Shown: positions 29,815 to 40,411, counted from the stretch's first letter. The stretch: DNA of 64,000 bases from Candidatus Bathyarchaeia archaeon (GCA_049517415.1 JBEKSC010000001.1:64001-128000); one strand, 5' to 3'. Made by a program: numbers and translations. The notes: a model not told the origin generated them from the letters alone.

Positions 29815-30003
29815 TGGTCGGTCTCCTGGACTCGCAACAGTGAATGGACCGCCCCCGTCTTGACTAATAAGGAGTTATGAAGGTAATTTCAAGACGGCTT
29901 AGTGTGATGAATCTCTTTTCTGTGGCCTCGCCTAATTACGAGCAAACGTTTTTCTTGCCAAGCTCAGGATTCAGGGCAACTTTCAGAAACTTGTGAGCGA
30001 ATA

Positions 30004-30627
30004 ATGTCACGAACCGAAACAGTTAGTGCAATGGTCGACGCCGAAAAAGAAGCAGCGAAATTCGTTTTCGGACTTGCCATCGCAATTGGTACTCTTTCCC
30101 TGATCACGCGTATCCCTTCCAGGCCGTTCGGAATGATTATCGATGTTGCAGAGTTCGGGTTCAGTTTTCTGATCTTGATTTCTGTATGGCTGGGGTATTG
30201 GAACATAATGTCGGCTCTCCCGCTGGAGGATAATACCATAGTCATCCTCAATGTTGCATTGTTATTTCTAGTAGGGATTGAACCTTACCTTTTCTACCTG
30301 AACATAACCTTCGACCTCTTATCCCATGAACTACTCTTGAACTATGCTTCAATTCTATATGCGCTCGACATGGCTGGGCTTGTGACTATTATCGCATTAT
30401 TCACCGATCAGCTTGCCCGGGAGGAGAAAGGCTTAGTGCCGAAAGAATCACTCGCCAAATACCAGCGCGTTAGAAACACGCTCTTCATATCAGCAGCCCT
30501 CTTCTTAATAACGGTCCTTCCAATCTTCTGGAACTTCAGACTATGGGACCTGCCAGTGCGATTCTATTTTTGGTTCGTTCCATTGATCCTTTCATCGATT
30601 AGGCACGTACCGGCACGCGGATTCTAG
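30004..30627 (+). CDS. TMEM175/DUF1211-like membrane protein, atypical N-terminus
   Basis: FVFGLAIAIG, FSFLILISVW, LNVALLFLV.IEPY; about 6 TM helices. Confidence 0.62.
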   Translation: MSRTETVSAMVDAEKEAAKFVFGLAIAIGTLSLITRIPSRPFGMIIDVAEFGFSFLILISVWLGYWNIMSALPLEDNTIVILNVALLFLVGIEPYLFYLNITFDLLSHELLLNYASILYALDMAGLVTIIALFTDQLAREEKGLVPKESLAKYQRVRNTLFISAALFLITVLPIFWNFRLWDLPVRFYFWFVPLILSSIRHVPARGF

Positions 30628-30773
30628 GCTTAGTAATTACGAATTAGAAAGAGGCTCGGCGACAGGCAAAGTTCCCTGATTTAGCTGCCAATTCATGCAA
30701 GTGCTTCGAGAGGTTGCTTGTATTCCATGAATGTAACCGAAGAATAACGAAAACGATTTCAATAACACGATTT

Positions 30774-30896
30774 TGGCGGGCCCGCGGGGATTCGAACCCC
30801 GGACCCCAGGCGTCCCCCGCTTTTTGCAAAGCGTTTAGAGGGCCTGTGCTTTAGACGCTCAACCTGCAAGCACTATCCAGACTGAGCTACGGGCCC
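30774..30896 (-). tRNA. tRNA-Arg(TCT) with two introns (22/23: 30851-30872; 38/39: 30812-30834); CCA encoded
   Basis: GGGCCCG/CGGGCCC acceptor, GCTC/GAGC D stem, CAGGC/GCCTG anticodon stem, CGGGG-TTCGAAT-CCCCG T arm, BHB-like junctions. Confidence 0.88.
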
Positions 30897-30941
30897 GAAC
30901 TCGGACTACAGGCTCTTCAAGCTTAAAGTTTACAGTGCTAA

Positions 30942-33836
30942 CTACTCGACGAAGATTGCAGGCCTATATGGTTCAGCAAATTTCGCGCGCCCCTTCGGAT
31001 CATACATCCCTTCCTCGCTTTCGCCATGGACTTGAACCTCAACTTTCAATTCCCTAGCGAAGAAGCCCCGCGCTTCATCAAACGCTTTCTTTTCGTCAAT
31101 CTCTCCTATCTTCAATCTTCGTCCGCGCAATTCGACTGGCATTGTTCTCGCCTGCTGGATTATTTTAGAGGCGAATTTCGGTAGGTCTTTCGCTGAAGAG
31201 GCTTTTGCAGCCAGCATGTCTCTGATTAGACCGTTCAGCGTTTCAGGTTGCGAGTTAGCTCTACTCAAGGCTTCGGTGTAGACTCGCCACTTCCACTTGG
31301 CGGCGGTGTAGTAGTACACTTTCTTTGGCGTGATCTTTGTTGTGGCTATAATTTCTTGAGTGTCATCGAGCGTCTGCCTCACGAGCATTTCCAATTCATT
31401 AGATTTCTCATCGACGATCTGTTCCTTGAATTCGGGCCATTCTGAAGTTGACACGAAGCCGCGTTGGCCAACTCTTCGCCAGGTTTCCTCGGCTAGATGT
31501 GGTGAGAAAGGTCCCATCAATCGAATCCAAATTGAGATGAAAAGTTTGACCGTAGCAGAATCAGGTCTAGCGGCGCGTCGCTCGTACCACCGAAGGTCGT
31601 TCCACACGTCATAGAGGGCGGCGGCTAATGCCGTTCGAGTTTTCATTTTCTCGATAGCTTCGGAAACCGCCTTTACCTTAGAGTTGATTCGGCTCATCAG
31701 CCAGTTTTCCAGGTGGCCATTTGAAGTCTGCTGGTCAGGCCTCGCGGCGATGTCTTCAACTAGGCTCAGAAAGGCTTCCAGCCTACCCTTGACATCACGA
31801 ACGTTCTCGGAGCGCCAATCTGGGTCGTCCATTCCTTCAGCTGCCAATAAGGCGGTGCAACGTACTGCATCCGCTCCATATTCGTCGCAGGCCTTCCAAA
31901 TCGGAATGAAGTTACCTTGAGCCTTATGCATAGGGCGACCTTCCGCAAGCATGAAACCGTTGACACCAATCGCGCGAGGCCAAAACCGCGGTTCGAAGAG
32001 GGCAACGTGTTGGAAGACGAAGAAGCTAAGGTGGTTGCCCACCAAGTCCTTGCCTGAGTTACGCAAATCGACTGGGTACCAGTAAAGAAACTCTTCCCGT
32101 ATCTTCTCCAAAACTCTCCGATCGGCACCGGTTTGCTTGCTCAGTTCCTCGGACTTCCCCGTCCCGTAGAATATGAAATCGAAAATCTCAGGGATGAGCT
32201 GCTCGGGCTTGATGTCCCCTGCATTGACAAATTTGCTCACCATGTAGTATGCCATGTAAATGGTTGAGTCGCTAAGCGTCTCTACGATCCAGTCCGGACT
32301 CCATGGAAGAGGTGTGCCTAATCCTGTCTTTCGCGCACAAGGCCAGTCTTGCAGCCAATCGATGATGCTGTTCATCCATGTTCTGGCCTCCTCTGGATAG
32401 AATGACATCTTGGAAATTGCCCCGTGCGTCCGTTCCTTCCATTCTGGGTCAGAGTACTTCAGGAACCATTGGTCCGCCAGGATTTTGGCTACACATTCAG
32501 TGGTGCACCGGCAAACAACACGCTGCGGCAGCTCGTACATTACGTCCGCAATTCCCTTTCTTCTGAATTCAGCCACGAGAGATTGCTTGACGTTCGCAAC
32601 CTTCTGCTTGGAGTAAGGGCCACAACTATCTTTGAGGAAACCACTGTGAAATTCTGCCTTGTAAATTTCCTTCGTCGCTTCCTCAGCTAACGGGTCGTTT
32701 TGGTCACGAATTCTCATGCGGTCAACGATCTCTATTGCGGGAAATTCACCGTAGCCTTCGACCGATATTACTGAGATGGGTTGAATCACTGAAACGTCAT
32801 CAGACTTAACGGCGAAGCCCTCCACGCTCGCCGGATTCTTCTGAATATCTCTTAAAGCAAGCCAGTCGAACGGGGCGTGTGCGGGAACGCTGTACACCAA
32901 GCCAGACGCGTTATTTGTGTTCACGAATGTTCCAGGTAAAATCAATAGCTCCCTGTCCTGAATGAGGTCAAAGCATTTCTTTCCTACAAGTTCAGCGCCC
33001 TTCAGGTTCCTGATGACGGTGACACTTTTCAGTTGGTTGCGTAATTTTTCTGACGCGGGTCTGCTTATGACCCAATGTTCTCCGTTCACATCGGCCTCAA
33101 CGTACTCACCGTGAGGGTTGACCCAGAGATTAGTGACACCATAAATTGTCTCGGGCCTGAAAGTTGCGCAGGGTAAGAAGATCTCTCCCATTTTGAACTT
33201 CATTAGAATGAATTCTTCCGGTCTGACGCCTTCGCCCTCAAGCCTATCGTGATCACCCGTTGGGCTTTCGTCTTTCGGGCACCACACTACCGGGTGCGTA
33301 CCCTTGATGACGTACCCCCTTTCTCGAAGGCGTAGGTATTGCCAAACAACAAACTTGCTGAAAGCCTCGTCCAGAGAACTCGTGTGAAAATCTCTTCGCC
33401 AATCCACCGATATCCCTAAACGCTTTATCGCGTCACGATTGACGTCAGTATAATATTTCGCCATATACGCGGGGTCAACAAACTTCTTCAAATCGTCCTC
33501 TGCGACCTCGTCTACCTCCCTTATCGGTCGAATGAATTCTTCGTCTCCCATTTTGATGCGTTCAGCCGCGCCGGCAAGGGGCTTGCCAGTCCAATGCCAA
33601 GCCCACGGGTAGAGGACGTTGACACCGCACATCCGTTTGTAGCGTGCGTACACGTCTATTCTAGCGGCGGTGAAGCCGCTCCCGACGTGCAAGGGCCCGC
33701 TCATGTATGCGAAGGGAAATGTGACGAAACATTTCGGCCGTTTCGGGTCGGGGTCGGCCTCGAAGAGTTTTGCCTTAGCCCATTCTTCCCGCCATTTCTT
33801 GTCCAAAGCCGGCCAGTCAACAGGCATGATTATCAC
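30942..33836 (-). CDS. leuS: Leucyl-tRNA synthetase, archaeal type
   Basis: FPFAYMSGPLHVG, DHDRLEGEG, ATFRPET, SVPAHAPFD, LSDSTIY, GKDLVGNHL, PYRPAIFVE. Confidence 0.93.
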   Translation of the reverse strand: MIIMPVDWPALDKKWREEWAKAKLFEADPDPKRPKCFVTFPFAYMSGPLHVGSGFTAARIDVYARYKRMCGVNVLYPWAWHWTGKPLAGAAERIKMGDEEFIRPIREVDEVAEDDLKKFVDPAYMAKYYTDVNRDAIKRLGISVDWRRDFHTSSLDEAFSKFVVWQYLRLRERGYVIKGTHPVVWCPKDESPTGDHDRLEGEGVRPEEFILMKFKMGEIFLPCATFRPETIYGVTNLWVNPHGEYVEADVNGEHWVISRPASEKLRNQLKSVTVIRNLKGAELVGKKCFDLIQDRELLILPGTFVNTNNASGLVYSVPAHAPFDWLALRDIQKNPASVEGFAVKSDDVSVIQPISVISVEGYGEFPAIEIVDRMRIRDQNDPLAEEATKEIYKAEFHSGFLKDSCGPYSKQKVANVKQSLVAEFRRKGIADVMYELPQRVVCRCTTECVAKILADQWFLKYSDPEWKERTHGAISKMSFYPEEARTWMNSIIDWLQDWPCARKTGLGTPLPWSPDWIVETLSDSTIYMAYYMVSKFVNAGDIKPEQLIPEIFDFIFYGTGKSEELSKQTGADRRVLEKIREEFLYWYPVDLRNSGKDLVGNHLSFFVFQHVALFEPRFWPRAIGVNGFMLAEGRPMHKAQGNFIPIWKACDEYGADAVRCTALLAAEGMDDPDWRSENVRDVKGRLEAFLSLVEDIAARPDQQTSNGHLENWLMSRINSKVKAVSEAIEKMKTRTALAAALYDVWNDLRWYERRAARPDSATVKLFISIWIRLMGPFSPHLAEETWRRVGQRGFVSTSEWPEFKEQIVDEKSNELEMLVRQTLDDTQEIIATTKITPKKVYYYTAAKWKWRVYTEALSRANSQPETLNGLIRDMLAAKASSAKDLPKFASKIIQQARTMPVELRGRRLKIGEIDEKKAFDEARGFFARELKVEVQVHGESEEGMYDPKGRAKFAEPYRPAIFVE

Positions 33837-36595
33837 TTCAAGACCGCTTTCAGCGCCGATTCCGAGTTCCGCATCACTTCGTCAACCGCATTTAGGTTTG
33901 TTCCGCCGCCTTGGCCGAAGTAGTCTTTGCCCCCGCCACCTCCGCCTAGCATTGCGGCAAGTTTGCTGGCGAGCTTCCCCGCATTCACACCTTGAGCAAT
34001 TGCATCTTTTCCAGCACCGACGAAGATTCGGGCCGAATCCTTGACGAGGATTAGTACAATGACCGCGCTAGGTTCTTTCTCGACGATCTTGTTGTTCAAC
34101 GCGACTAAATCGCTCTCTTCACCACGATCATATTTGGCAGAGCACATCATTACGCGGCCGACGATTTTCGGAGACTGCAGAAGTCTTACAGCCTCTTGCT
34201 CCGCCCATTGTTTAGATAGTTCTTCGAGGCGTTTGGCCAGCTTTGTCCTATCTTCAACAAGTGTCTGAACGTATTGGTCTACTTTTTCGATGGGCGCTTC
34301 GACGACCGTTGAAATGCTTTTGATTTTCTTCTCCTGTTCTTGGAAGGCACGTAAAGCTTGAGTGCCTGCGGCGAAGATTATTCGTTCTACGCCGTCCTGA
34401 ATGCGCTCTGTGTGCAGAATCTTGATGGTCCCAATCTGTCCTGTCCTAGTGCAATGCGTTCCACCACATGCTTCCACATCCCAATCGCCAATCTTGATTA
34501 CCCGTACCTCCCGGCCGGGCACAACCCCTCCTTGGTAGAGCTTGAAACCATAAGCCTGCTCAGCCTTCTCCCTGGGCAGCCACTCGGACTCTACAGGAAT
34601 GTCTTGGAGGGCTACTTCCGTTGCAAGCCTTTCAATTTCTCTTGCCTGTTCCTCCGTAATTCTCTCGTAATGCGATATGTCAATTCGGCTGGAGTCAACG
34701 CCCTTCTTCGCGCCGGCCTGCCAAGCATGTTGACCCAGCACCCTTCTAGCCGCACCCAAAACCAAGTGTGTGCCTGTATGATGACGCATCAAACTGATGC
34801 GCCTGTTCCATTCAATTGAACCTCGCACGATTTCCCCAATGCGAGGTGGTGTACCTTCTATTTGGTGGACTATGATTCGGGTAACTTTCTGTGTGTCTAC
34901 GACTTTGATTGGCCCATTAGAGGTCTGAAGGACTCCGATGTCGCCGGGTTGGCCACCCCCTTCGGGGTAGAAGCAGGTTTGGTCCAAGACGACGAACCTG
35001 TTTTCGAGGATCGCGATTACTTTTCCTTGGAACTCCTTCTGGAAGGGGTCTTTGTAGTATAATGTGGCAGTGTCCTGTAGCCCGCTGACCTTGTCCTTCA
35101 GTGAGTCAATCACTTTCGATTCTGTTTCTTCCTCTGAAACGCGCTTTACAGACAAATGCTTCTGGGCGACCATTCCATAGAAGTTTCCCGGAGGATCCAC
35201 TGATACCCCGAGCGGTTCTGCGATCTCTCGCACTATGTCCGGAACCATTCCGTGAGAGTCATACAAGTCAACGAGAGTCTGCGGAGGAATTTCGTTAAGT
35301 CCCTTAGTTTTCAGGTCGCTTGCAATTTTCTTTACTAGGTCTGAGCCCCGTTCGATTGTTCTTCGATACTTGGATTCTTCTGACTTGATTTCTCCCGCTA
35401 TCTCACTCTTCATTCCTTTTAGTTGAGGGAAGTCGCCACCCCAGTAGTCTACTTGGGCGTCGATTATATCCAACATTTTGTCTTCAATGCCCAATTGGCG
35501 CAGCATTCGGTAGGTCCGTCGAATCAGCAAACGGATCAAGTAGCCTTCTTCAACGTTTGAGGGAACAACGCCCTCTGATAGTAGGAAGGCAATTGCCTTT
35601 GTGTGATCGGCAACCGCCATCGCACTTTCAATCGGCGTAAGAGCCTTCTCGAGTTCCCTCCAATCCATGCCTATACTTTCGGCAACTTTCTTTCGGGCAT
35701 CAATACGGCTCTCGTTGCGTTCGATGTTCATGTAACTCGAAAACGGAACAACTTTTGCAACCAGCTTCTCGTCATACTTGAGGTTGGCTAGTTGGAATAT
35801 GCTGTCTAATACCTGGCCGTAAAGGACCTCGAAAGCGCTGGCTGTTCCCTGGCTTAACCATGCCCAACGCTCTATCCCGTATCCCGTGTCGACGGTTCGG
35901 ATCGGGAGTTTGACGAGTTGATCGCCCTGAACCTTGTACTGCATAAAGACTAGGGTGGAGATTTCTAGTCCGGCGCTAAGACACTCAAGGTCGGGGCCAG
36001 CGTTTCCGCCTCCTGACCAGAAATGCTCTTTGTATGAAATCGATTCCGACTTCAGGCCGAACTCTTCGGTGGCTAGCTGGTGGTGGTAGCGGATTGTTTG
36101 GTCCATCCAGTAGACCTCCTTGTCAGGGTAGTTGAAGGCGTGAGCGCCTCCCATTTCGAACATTAGCTCATGGCGCCCCAATGTTGGGCCGACATTGTCT
36201 ATGTCCGTGAACCTAATGGATGGCTGACTGACGACGAGTGGGTTTGCTGGGGGCGGAATCATACCTTCCGTAACGTAGGGCTGGAAATCGTAGATCGACG
36301 CTCCTACAAGGAAGACATCATCCCGCCACCGTGCCACAACCGGGTACGGGTTGATCCTTTTGTGTCCATTCCGTTCGAAGAATGACAAGAAAAGTTCACG
36401 CATATCATGAATGGAGTACCGCCGCTTAGCTGGAGGTTTCCCAATAAACGAGTATTGAACGCAGGGACTGTCTCCGCAGAATTTCTCGTCAGGCCTCTGA
36501 GTCCAGAAGTAACCTTTGCAGCATTCACACTGCTTGCGCTGAAACCCATTCTCCTTGAAGAACGGGACGGCGAATTCTTTCTCATTAATCTCCAT
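33833..36595 (-). CDS. alaS: Alanyl-tRNA synthetase, archaeal type
   Basis: YPVVARWR, ASIYDFQP, WSGGGNAGP, VDTGYG, editing HHTGTH and CGGTH, C-terminal GGGGGG. Confidence 0.97.
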   Translation of the reverse strand: MEINEKEFAVPFFKENGFQRKQCECCKGYFWTQRPDEKFCGDSPCVQYSFIGKPPAKRRYSIHDMRELFLSFFERNGHKRINPYPVVARWRDDVFLVGASIYDFQPYVTEGMIPPPANPLVVSQPSIRFTDIDNVGPTLGRHELMFEMGGAHAFNYPDKEVYWMDQTIRYHHQLATEEFGLKSESISYKEHFWSGGGNAGPDLECLSAGLEISTLVFMQYKVQGDQLVKLPIRTVDTGYGIERWAWLSQGTASAFEVLYGQVLDSIFQLANLKYDEKLVAKVVPFSSYMNIERNESRIDARKKVAESIGMDWRELEKALTPIESAMAVADHTKAIAFLLSEGVVPSNVEEGYLIRLLIRRTYRMLRQLGIEDKMLDIIDAQVDYWGGDFPQLKGMKSEIAGEIKSEESKYRRTIERGSDLVKKIASDLKTKGLNEIPPQTLVDLYDSHGMVPDIVREIAEPLGVSVDPPGNFYGMVAQKHLSVKRVSEEETESKVIDSLKDKVSGLQDTATLYYKDPFQKEFQGKVIAILENRFVVLDQTCFYPEGGGQPGDIGVLQTSNGPIKVVDTQKVTRIIVHQIEGTPPRIGEIVRGSIEWNRRISLMRHHTGTHLVLGAARRVLGQHAWQAGAKKGVDSSRIDISHYERITEEQAREIERLATEVALQDIPVESEWLPREKAEQAYGFKLYQGGVVPGREVRVIKIGDWDVEACGGTHCTRTGQIGTIKILHTERIQDGVERIIFAAGTQALRAFQEQEKKIKSISTVVEAPIEKVDQYVQTLVEDRTKLAKRLEELSKQWAEQEAVRLLQSPKIVGRVMMCSAKYDRGEESDLVALNNKIVEKEPSAVIVLILVKDSARIFVGAGKDAIAQGVNAGKLASKLAAMLGGGGGGKDYFGQGGGTNLNAVDEVMRNSESALKAVLK

Positions 36596-37080
36596 TAACT
36601 GATACCCCCAGCCGACAGAACGAAGCAGACTAAACTAGTTAGCTATTTGCCCGCTCCCTCTGTCAGCGAGGTGCGAGCACGAGGGCCTGAAGCAAAAGCA
36701 GAAGATTAGCGGACATGAGGCCCAGCTCTAACTCAGATATTCAGCTAAGCATACTCATAATGTTTACTTCAGAAGCGTTGCGGCCGGGAAACAGAGCAGG
36801 ACATGGTCATGAACCTGATGCGGTGTACGCCTCAGCCCACCATGCCGTTAACCTACATTCGCGAACAAGAATGGTACAGCACACAATGCGACAATATTGA
36901 GCAAATAACGAAAGAGGTCACGGAGCCAACCGGTAAGCAGCGCATGTTCAACCGGGTAATACGCAAGTGAAGACTACGAGATCTCTTCACGGACACGGGT
37001 CTAGTACGTGTCATCCTAAGTTGCAACTCGATATTGAATTGCTCGCTCACGAAACTAACAGTTCCCTATAGAGCCGAGGG

Positions 37081-37836
37081 TCATTGGGAGATGGTTTCGG
37101 TTTTGAGTAATGCTGGAAAAACCGAGCGAACCTTGTTCGGTGGGCGCATTGAAGTCAGACGGCTCTGTTTCAGGCCCATCGAAACGAGTACCTCGGCAAG
37201 CTTAAGGCATGCCGCTGCGGCGTTCACCACTGGGACCTCGTAACCGTCCTCCTTGAGTAGACTTTCAACCTTCTTGGCTACGCCCGTCATGCCCGTGCAA
37301 CCGAGTACGAGAACATGCGCGCCATCTTCTTGTATGGCCGCAATCATCTCCTTGTGTAAGGCCTCGACAAGCTTCCCTTTTTCTTCCAAGCCAAGAACCG
37401 GAATATTCGCAAACCTAACGGAAGCAAGCTTCTTCTCAAGACCATACTGAGCCGCGAGGTCTTCTGCTAACGGAAGAAAATTGCGTAACGTCGTGACTAC
37501 AGAGAACCGCTGCCCAAGACAGGATGCGAAGTGCATTGAGGCTTCCGCGGCTCCGACTACGGGAATGTTCAGGATCTCTCTGGCAGCCTTCACTCCCGGA
37601 TCACCGAAACAGTTGCTTATCACAGCGTCGTATCCTTCAGCCTCAGCTTGCTCGGCTTGGCGAAGGAAATCGGGTACGCAAAGAGCTTCATCTAATTCGC
37701 ACTCAATGGATTCCGGTCCGAAGTCTAAATGCGTAAGGGTTATCTGCGTTCCAGGAAAAGCGTAACTGGACATCTCTCGCTCCTCCTCGGCATCAAGTTG
37801 ACCGGACGTGATCGGGTTAATGACTTTAAGTTTCAA
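37081..37836 (-). CDS. Asp/Glu/hydantoin racemase family protein
   Basis: VINP, GPESIE, NCFGDPG, VLGCTGM; start placed at TTG 37836. Confidence 0.88.
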   Translation of the reverse strand: MKLKVINPITSGQLDAEEEREMSSYAFPGTQITLTHLDFGPESIECELDEALCVPDFLRQAEQAEAEGYDAVISNCFGDPGVKAAREILNIPVVGAAEASMHFASCLGQRFSVVTTLRNFLPLAEDLAAQYGLEKKLASVRFANIPVLGLEEKGKLVEALHKEMIAAIQEDGAHVLVLGCTGMTGVAKKVESLLKEDGYEVPVVNAAAACLKLAEVLVSMGLKQSRLTSMRPPNKVRSVFPALLKTETISQ

Positions 37837-37886
37837 GGACTTCGCAAATTGATACTCGTACCCGCCCTTAAATGATTTTGATTCAA

Positions 37887-38099
37887 TCACCAAGATGCGA
37901 AATGGTCGAACGACGGGTGCACTTCACCTACTTCACATACTCTCTCTTCTGCATAGGCTGAAAGACTGAAAATCCCAGAACTGTAGACTCGCGTCGCCAC
38001 CGAAATGTCTTTGACGTTCTCGTCGACCTTTTCGACAATCCCAGCAGCCTCGATGCCGGGAAGAAGAGAAACTAACTTATTGTGGCAGCAGTCATTCAA
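37887..38099 (-). pseudogene. Fragment of an NADPH:quinone reductase (MDR family)
   Basis: PGIEAAGIVEKVDENV....RVY..G....AYAEE..C...VHP matches only an internal GroES-like segment. Confidence 0.6.
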
Positions 38100-38113
38100 A
38101 CTAGGTTAGTTTC

Positions 38114-38497
38114 TTGGAGTCTGATGCAAAACCATATGTGAAAGACGAAATCAAATTCTGTAGACTTTCCGACCTAAAGGAAGAATGGCTAAATCCAAAG
38201 CTTTCGAGGAGGACTATCTCGGGAAATAATGAGATGCTCGGCTATATCGTCCTGTTGAAAGGGTGTGTTGTTCCACCCCACAAGCATGTGAGCGAACAAA
38301 TCACAGTCATTCTAAAGGGTGCGCTGAAATTCACAATAAACGGAAAAGATACCGTCGTGAAAGAGGGAGAGGTTTTGGTAATTCCGTCGAACATTGAGCA
38401 TACTGCAATTGCGATTGAAGATACACTAGACCTTGACTGTTTCAGCCCTCCTCGAGAAGATTGGGTTGCAGGTAAAGATAACTATCTGCGTGGCTAG
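38114..38497 (+). CDS. Cupin-domain protein
   Basis: PPHKHVSEQ..ILKG, IPSNIEH, DCFSPPREDW. Confidence 0.88.
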   Translation: MESDAKPYVKDEIKFCRLSDLKEEWLNPKLSRRTISGNNEMLGYIVLLKGCVVPPHKHVSEQITVILKGALKFTINGKDTVVKEGEVLVIPSNIEHTAIAIEDTLDLDCFSPPREDWVAGKDNYLRG

Positions 38498-38803
38498 GGC
38501 GGTTGTGCATTTAGAGTTCGGGCACGACTCCGGTACTCATCGACGCTTTCTACGGATTCGTTGGGTCTGTAGGGGCCATCATAGTATGTTGCCACTCAGC
38601 TAGGAGCCGACCTCAACAACTTGAACACTGATGCTGAGGTTTTTCGGCCTTGATTGATTTTGTGACTCATACATGCAATTGTAAATCTAACTAGAGTATG
38701 TATCGACCCCTTATATCGGCTCCCGACTTCTAGCCCTAGTTGCTCCCATCCCAAGCTTGCGAGCGTCCCGCCGGACAGAGGGGAGCAGACTTAGGGATTC
38801 GAA

Positions 38804-40411
38804 ATGAAGGACGATCGAATTACGGACCATCCTATTGTGCGATTCGACCGCGGAGAACCCGTCACATTCTTCTTCGAAGGGAGACCCGTTGAGGGATATT
38901 CAAATGAGACCATCGCAGCCGCGCTCTATGCGAGTGGCGTAAGGACCTTCAGTCGAAGTATGAAGTATCATAGACCCCGAGGCTTCTTTTGCGCAATAGG
39001 CCGCTGTTCAGCCTGCATGATGACGGTTAACGGCATACCAAATGTTCGAACTTGCATGACGAACATCCGTGACAGTATGAAAGTGCAACGGCAGAGCGGT
39101 TTTCCTAATGCTGATCATGATCTCTTTTCAATAATGGACAAGCTTGGATTCTACTTCTCGCTGAAGTCAGGTTTCTATCACCGAAAGATGATCTCTCCAA
39201 GCTTCATGAGAGGCACCTACATCAAAGTAATCACGTCGTTTACGGGCTTGGGAAAACTTCCAACGAAAAAGGCCATTCCAACCACCAGAACCGATAAAGT
39301 TCACGAGAATGTTGACTTAGTAATAATCGGAGGCGGACCTGCCGGGCTTACGGCTGCGTTGGAAGCTGGGCGAAGGGGCGCGAAAGTCGTTATACTCGAC
39401 GACAAGAAAATGCTAGGAGGACAACTCGTAAAGCAAACGCACCGGTTCTTCGGCGATGCCCGACACCACGCGGGAGTGAGAGGTATTCGAATCGCCGAGA
39501 AGTTGACGAAGAAAATCTTTGAATTGAGAAATATCAAACCCTACGTAGGCGCAAGCGTCTTCGGAATATTCGATAAACATACAGTCGGAGCGGTACAAGA
39601 GGATAGGTTACTGAAGTTTGAAGCCCGAAAGATAATCATTGCGACAGGCGCCTACGAGAGGACTCTGGTTTTCGAAAACAACGATCTACCAGGCGTGTAC
39701 GGGGCGGGCGGTGTCCAAACTCTGATGAACACCTACGCAATAAAGCCGGGCTCAAGAGCCTTGGTTGTAGGGTCTGGGAACGTTGGCCTCATCCTTACCT
39801 ACCAACTCCTTCAAGCAGGCGTCAAAGTAGTAGCGATCGTTGAAGCACTCCCAAAGATTGGCGGGTATTTGGTTCATGCAGCCAAAGTTCGTCGACGGGG
39901 CATCCCGATACTCACATCGCACACGGTTCTCAAGGCACTAGGACGCAACCGCGTCCAAGGAGCGGTGGTCGCGCAGATCGACAACTCATTCAAGCCGATA
40001 GCTGATACTGAACGGCGCTACGAATGCGATCTCATATGCATCGCAGTCGGACTCACGCCCACTTACGAACTAGCGTCTCATGCAGGAGCGCAGATGCAAT
40101 TTGTTCCGGAACTAGGCGGGTTCGTACCGCGAAGAACCAAGTCATTGGAAATTTCAGAAGGAACCTACATAGCGGGGGATTCTTCCGGAATCGAAGAAGC
40201 AACAACAGCTATGCTAGAAGGCCAGATTGCTGGAGTTGACGCCGCGACAAAGCTAGGTTACGGCCTGCCTGGTGATGAAGAGCAGCTCGCGGGATGGATC
40301 AAGCAACTGGACGACGTTCGGTCTGGGCCATTTGGCGAGAAGATTCGACGAGGACTTGAGAGCGTAATAACAGAAGAGGGCATGATTGGAGCAAAATCAA
40401 TTGTCCATTAA
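38804..40411 (+). CDS. Proline dehydrogenase/sarcosine oxidase-like alpha subunit
   Basis: HRPRGFFCAIGRCSAC, GGGPAG, GGQLVKQTH, ATGAYER, NNDLPGV. Confidence 0.88.
   Translation: MKDDRITDHPIVRFDRGEPVTFFFEGRPVEGYSNETIAAALYASGVRTFSRSMKYHRPRGFFCAIGRCSACMMTVNGIPNVRTCMTNIRDSMKVQRQSGFPNADHDLFSIMDKLGFYFSLKSGFYHRKMISPSFMRGTYIKVITSFTGLGKLPTKKAIPTTRTDKVHENVDLVIIGGGPAGLTAALEAGRRGAKVVILDDKKMLGGQLVKQTHRFFGDARHHAGVRGIRIAEKLTKKIFELRNIKPYVGASVFGIFDKHTVGAVQEDRLLKFEARKIIIATGAYERTLVFENNDLPGVYGAGGVQTLMNTYAIKPGSRALVVGSGNVGLILTYQLLQAGVKVVAIVEALPKIGGYLVHAAKVRRRGIPILTSHTVLKALGRNRVQGAVVAQIDNSFKPIADTERRYECDLICIAVGLTPTYELASHAGAQMQFVPELGGFVPRRTKSLEISEGTYIAGDSSGIEEATTAMLEGQIAGVDAATKLGYGLPGDEEQLAGWIKQLDDVRSGPFGEKIRRGLESVITEEGMIGAKSIVH

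Noticed and set aside
29978..30066. BHB-type mRNA intron at the 5' end of the TMEM175-like gene (TTTC/GAAA helix)
   Set aside because: No inner helix, and removing it does not restore the reading frame
29900..30774. Integrated element at the tRNA-Arg 3' end
   Set aside because: No integrase and no duplicated tRNA 3' segment seen in the window
30835..30845. Reading the tRNA loop as CU-CUA-AA (amber suppressor/tRNA-Pyl)
   Set aside because: The stem register CAGGC/GCCTG fixes the anticodon as TCT; the body is a typical archaeal tRNA-Arg, not tRNA-Pyl
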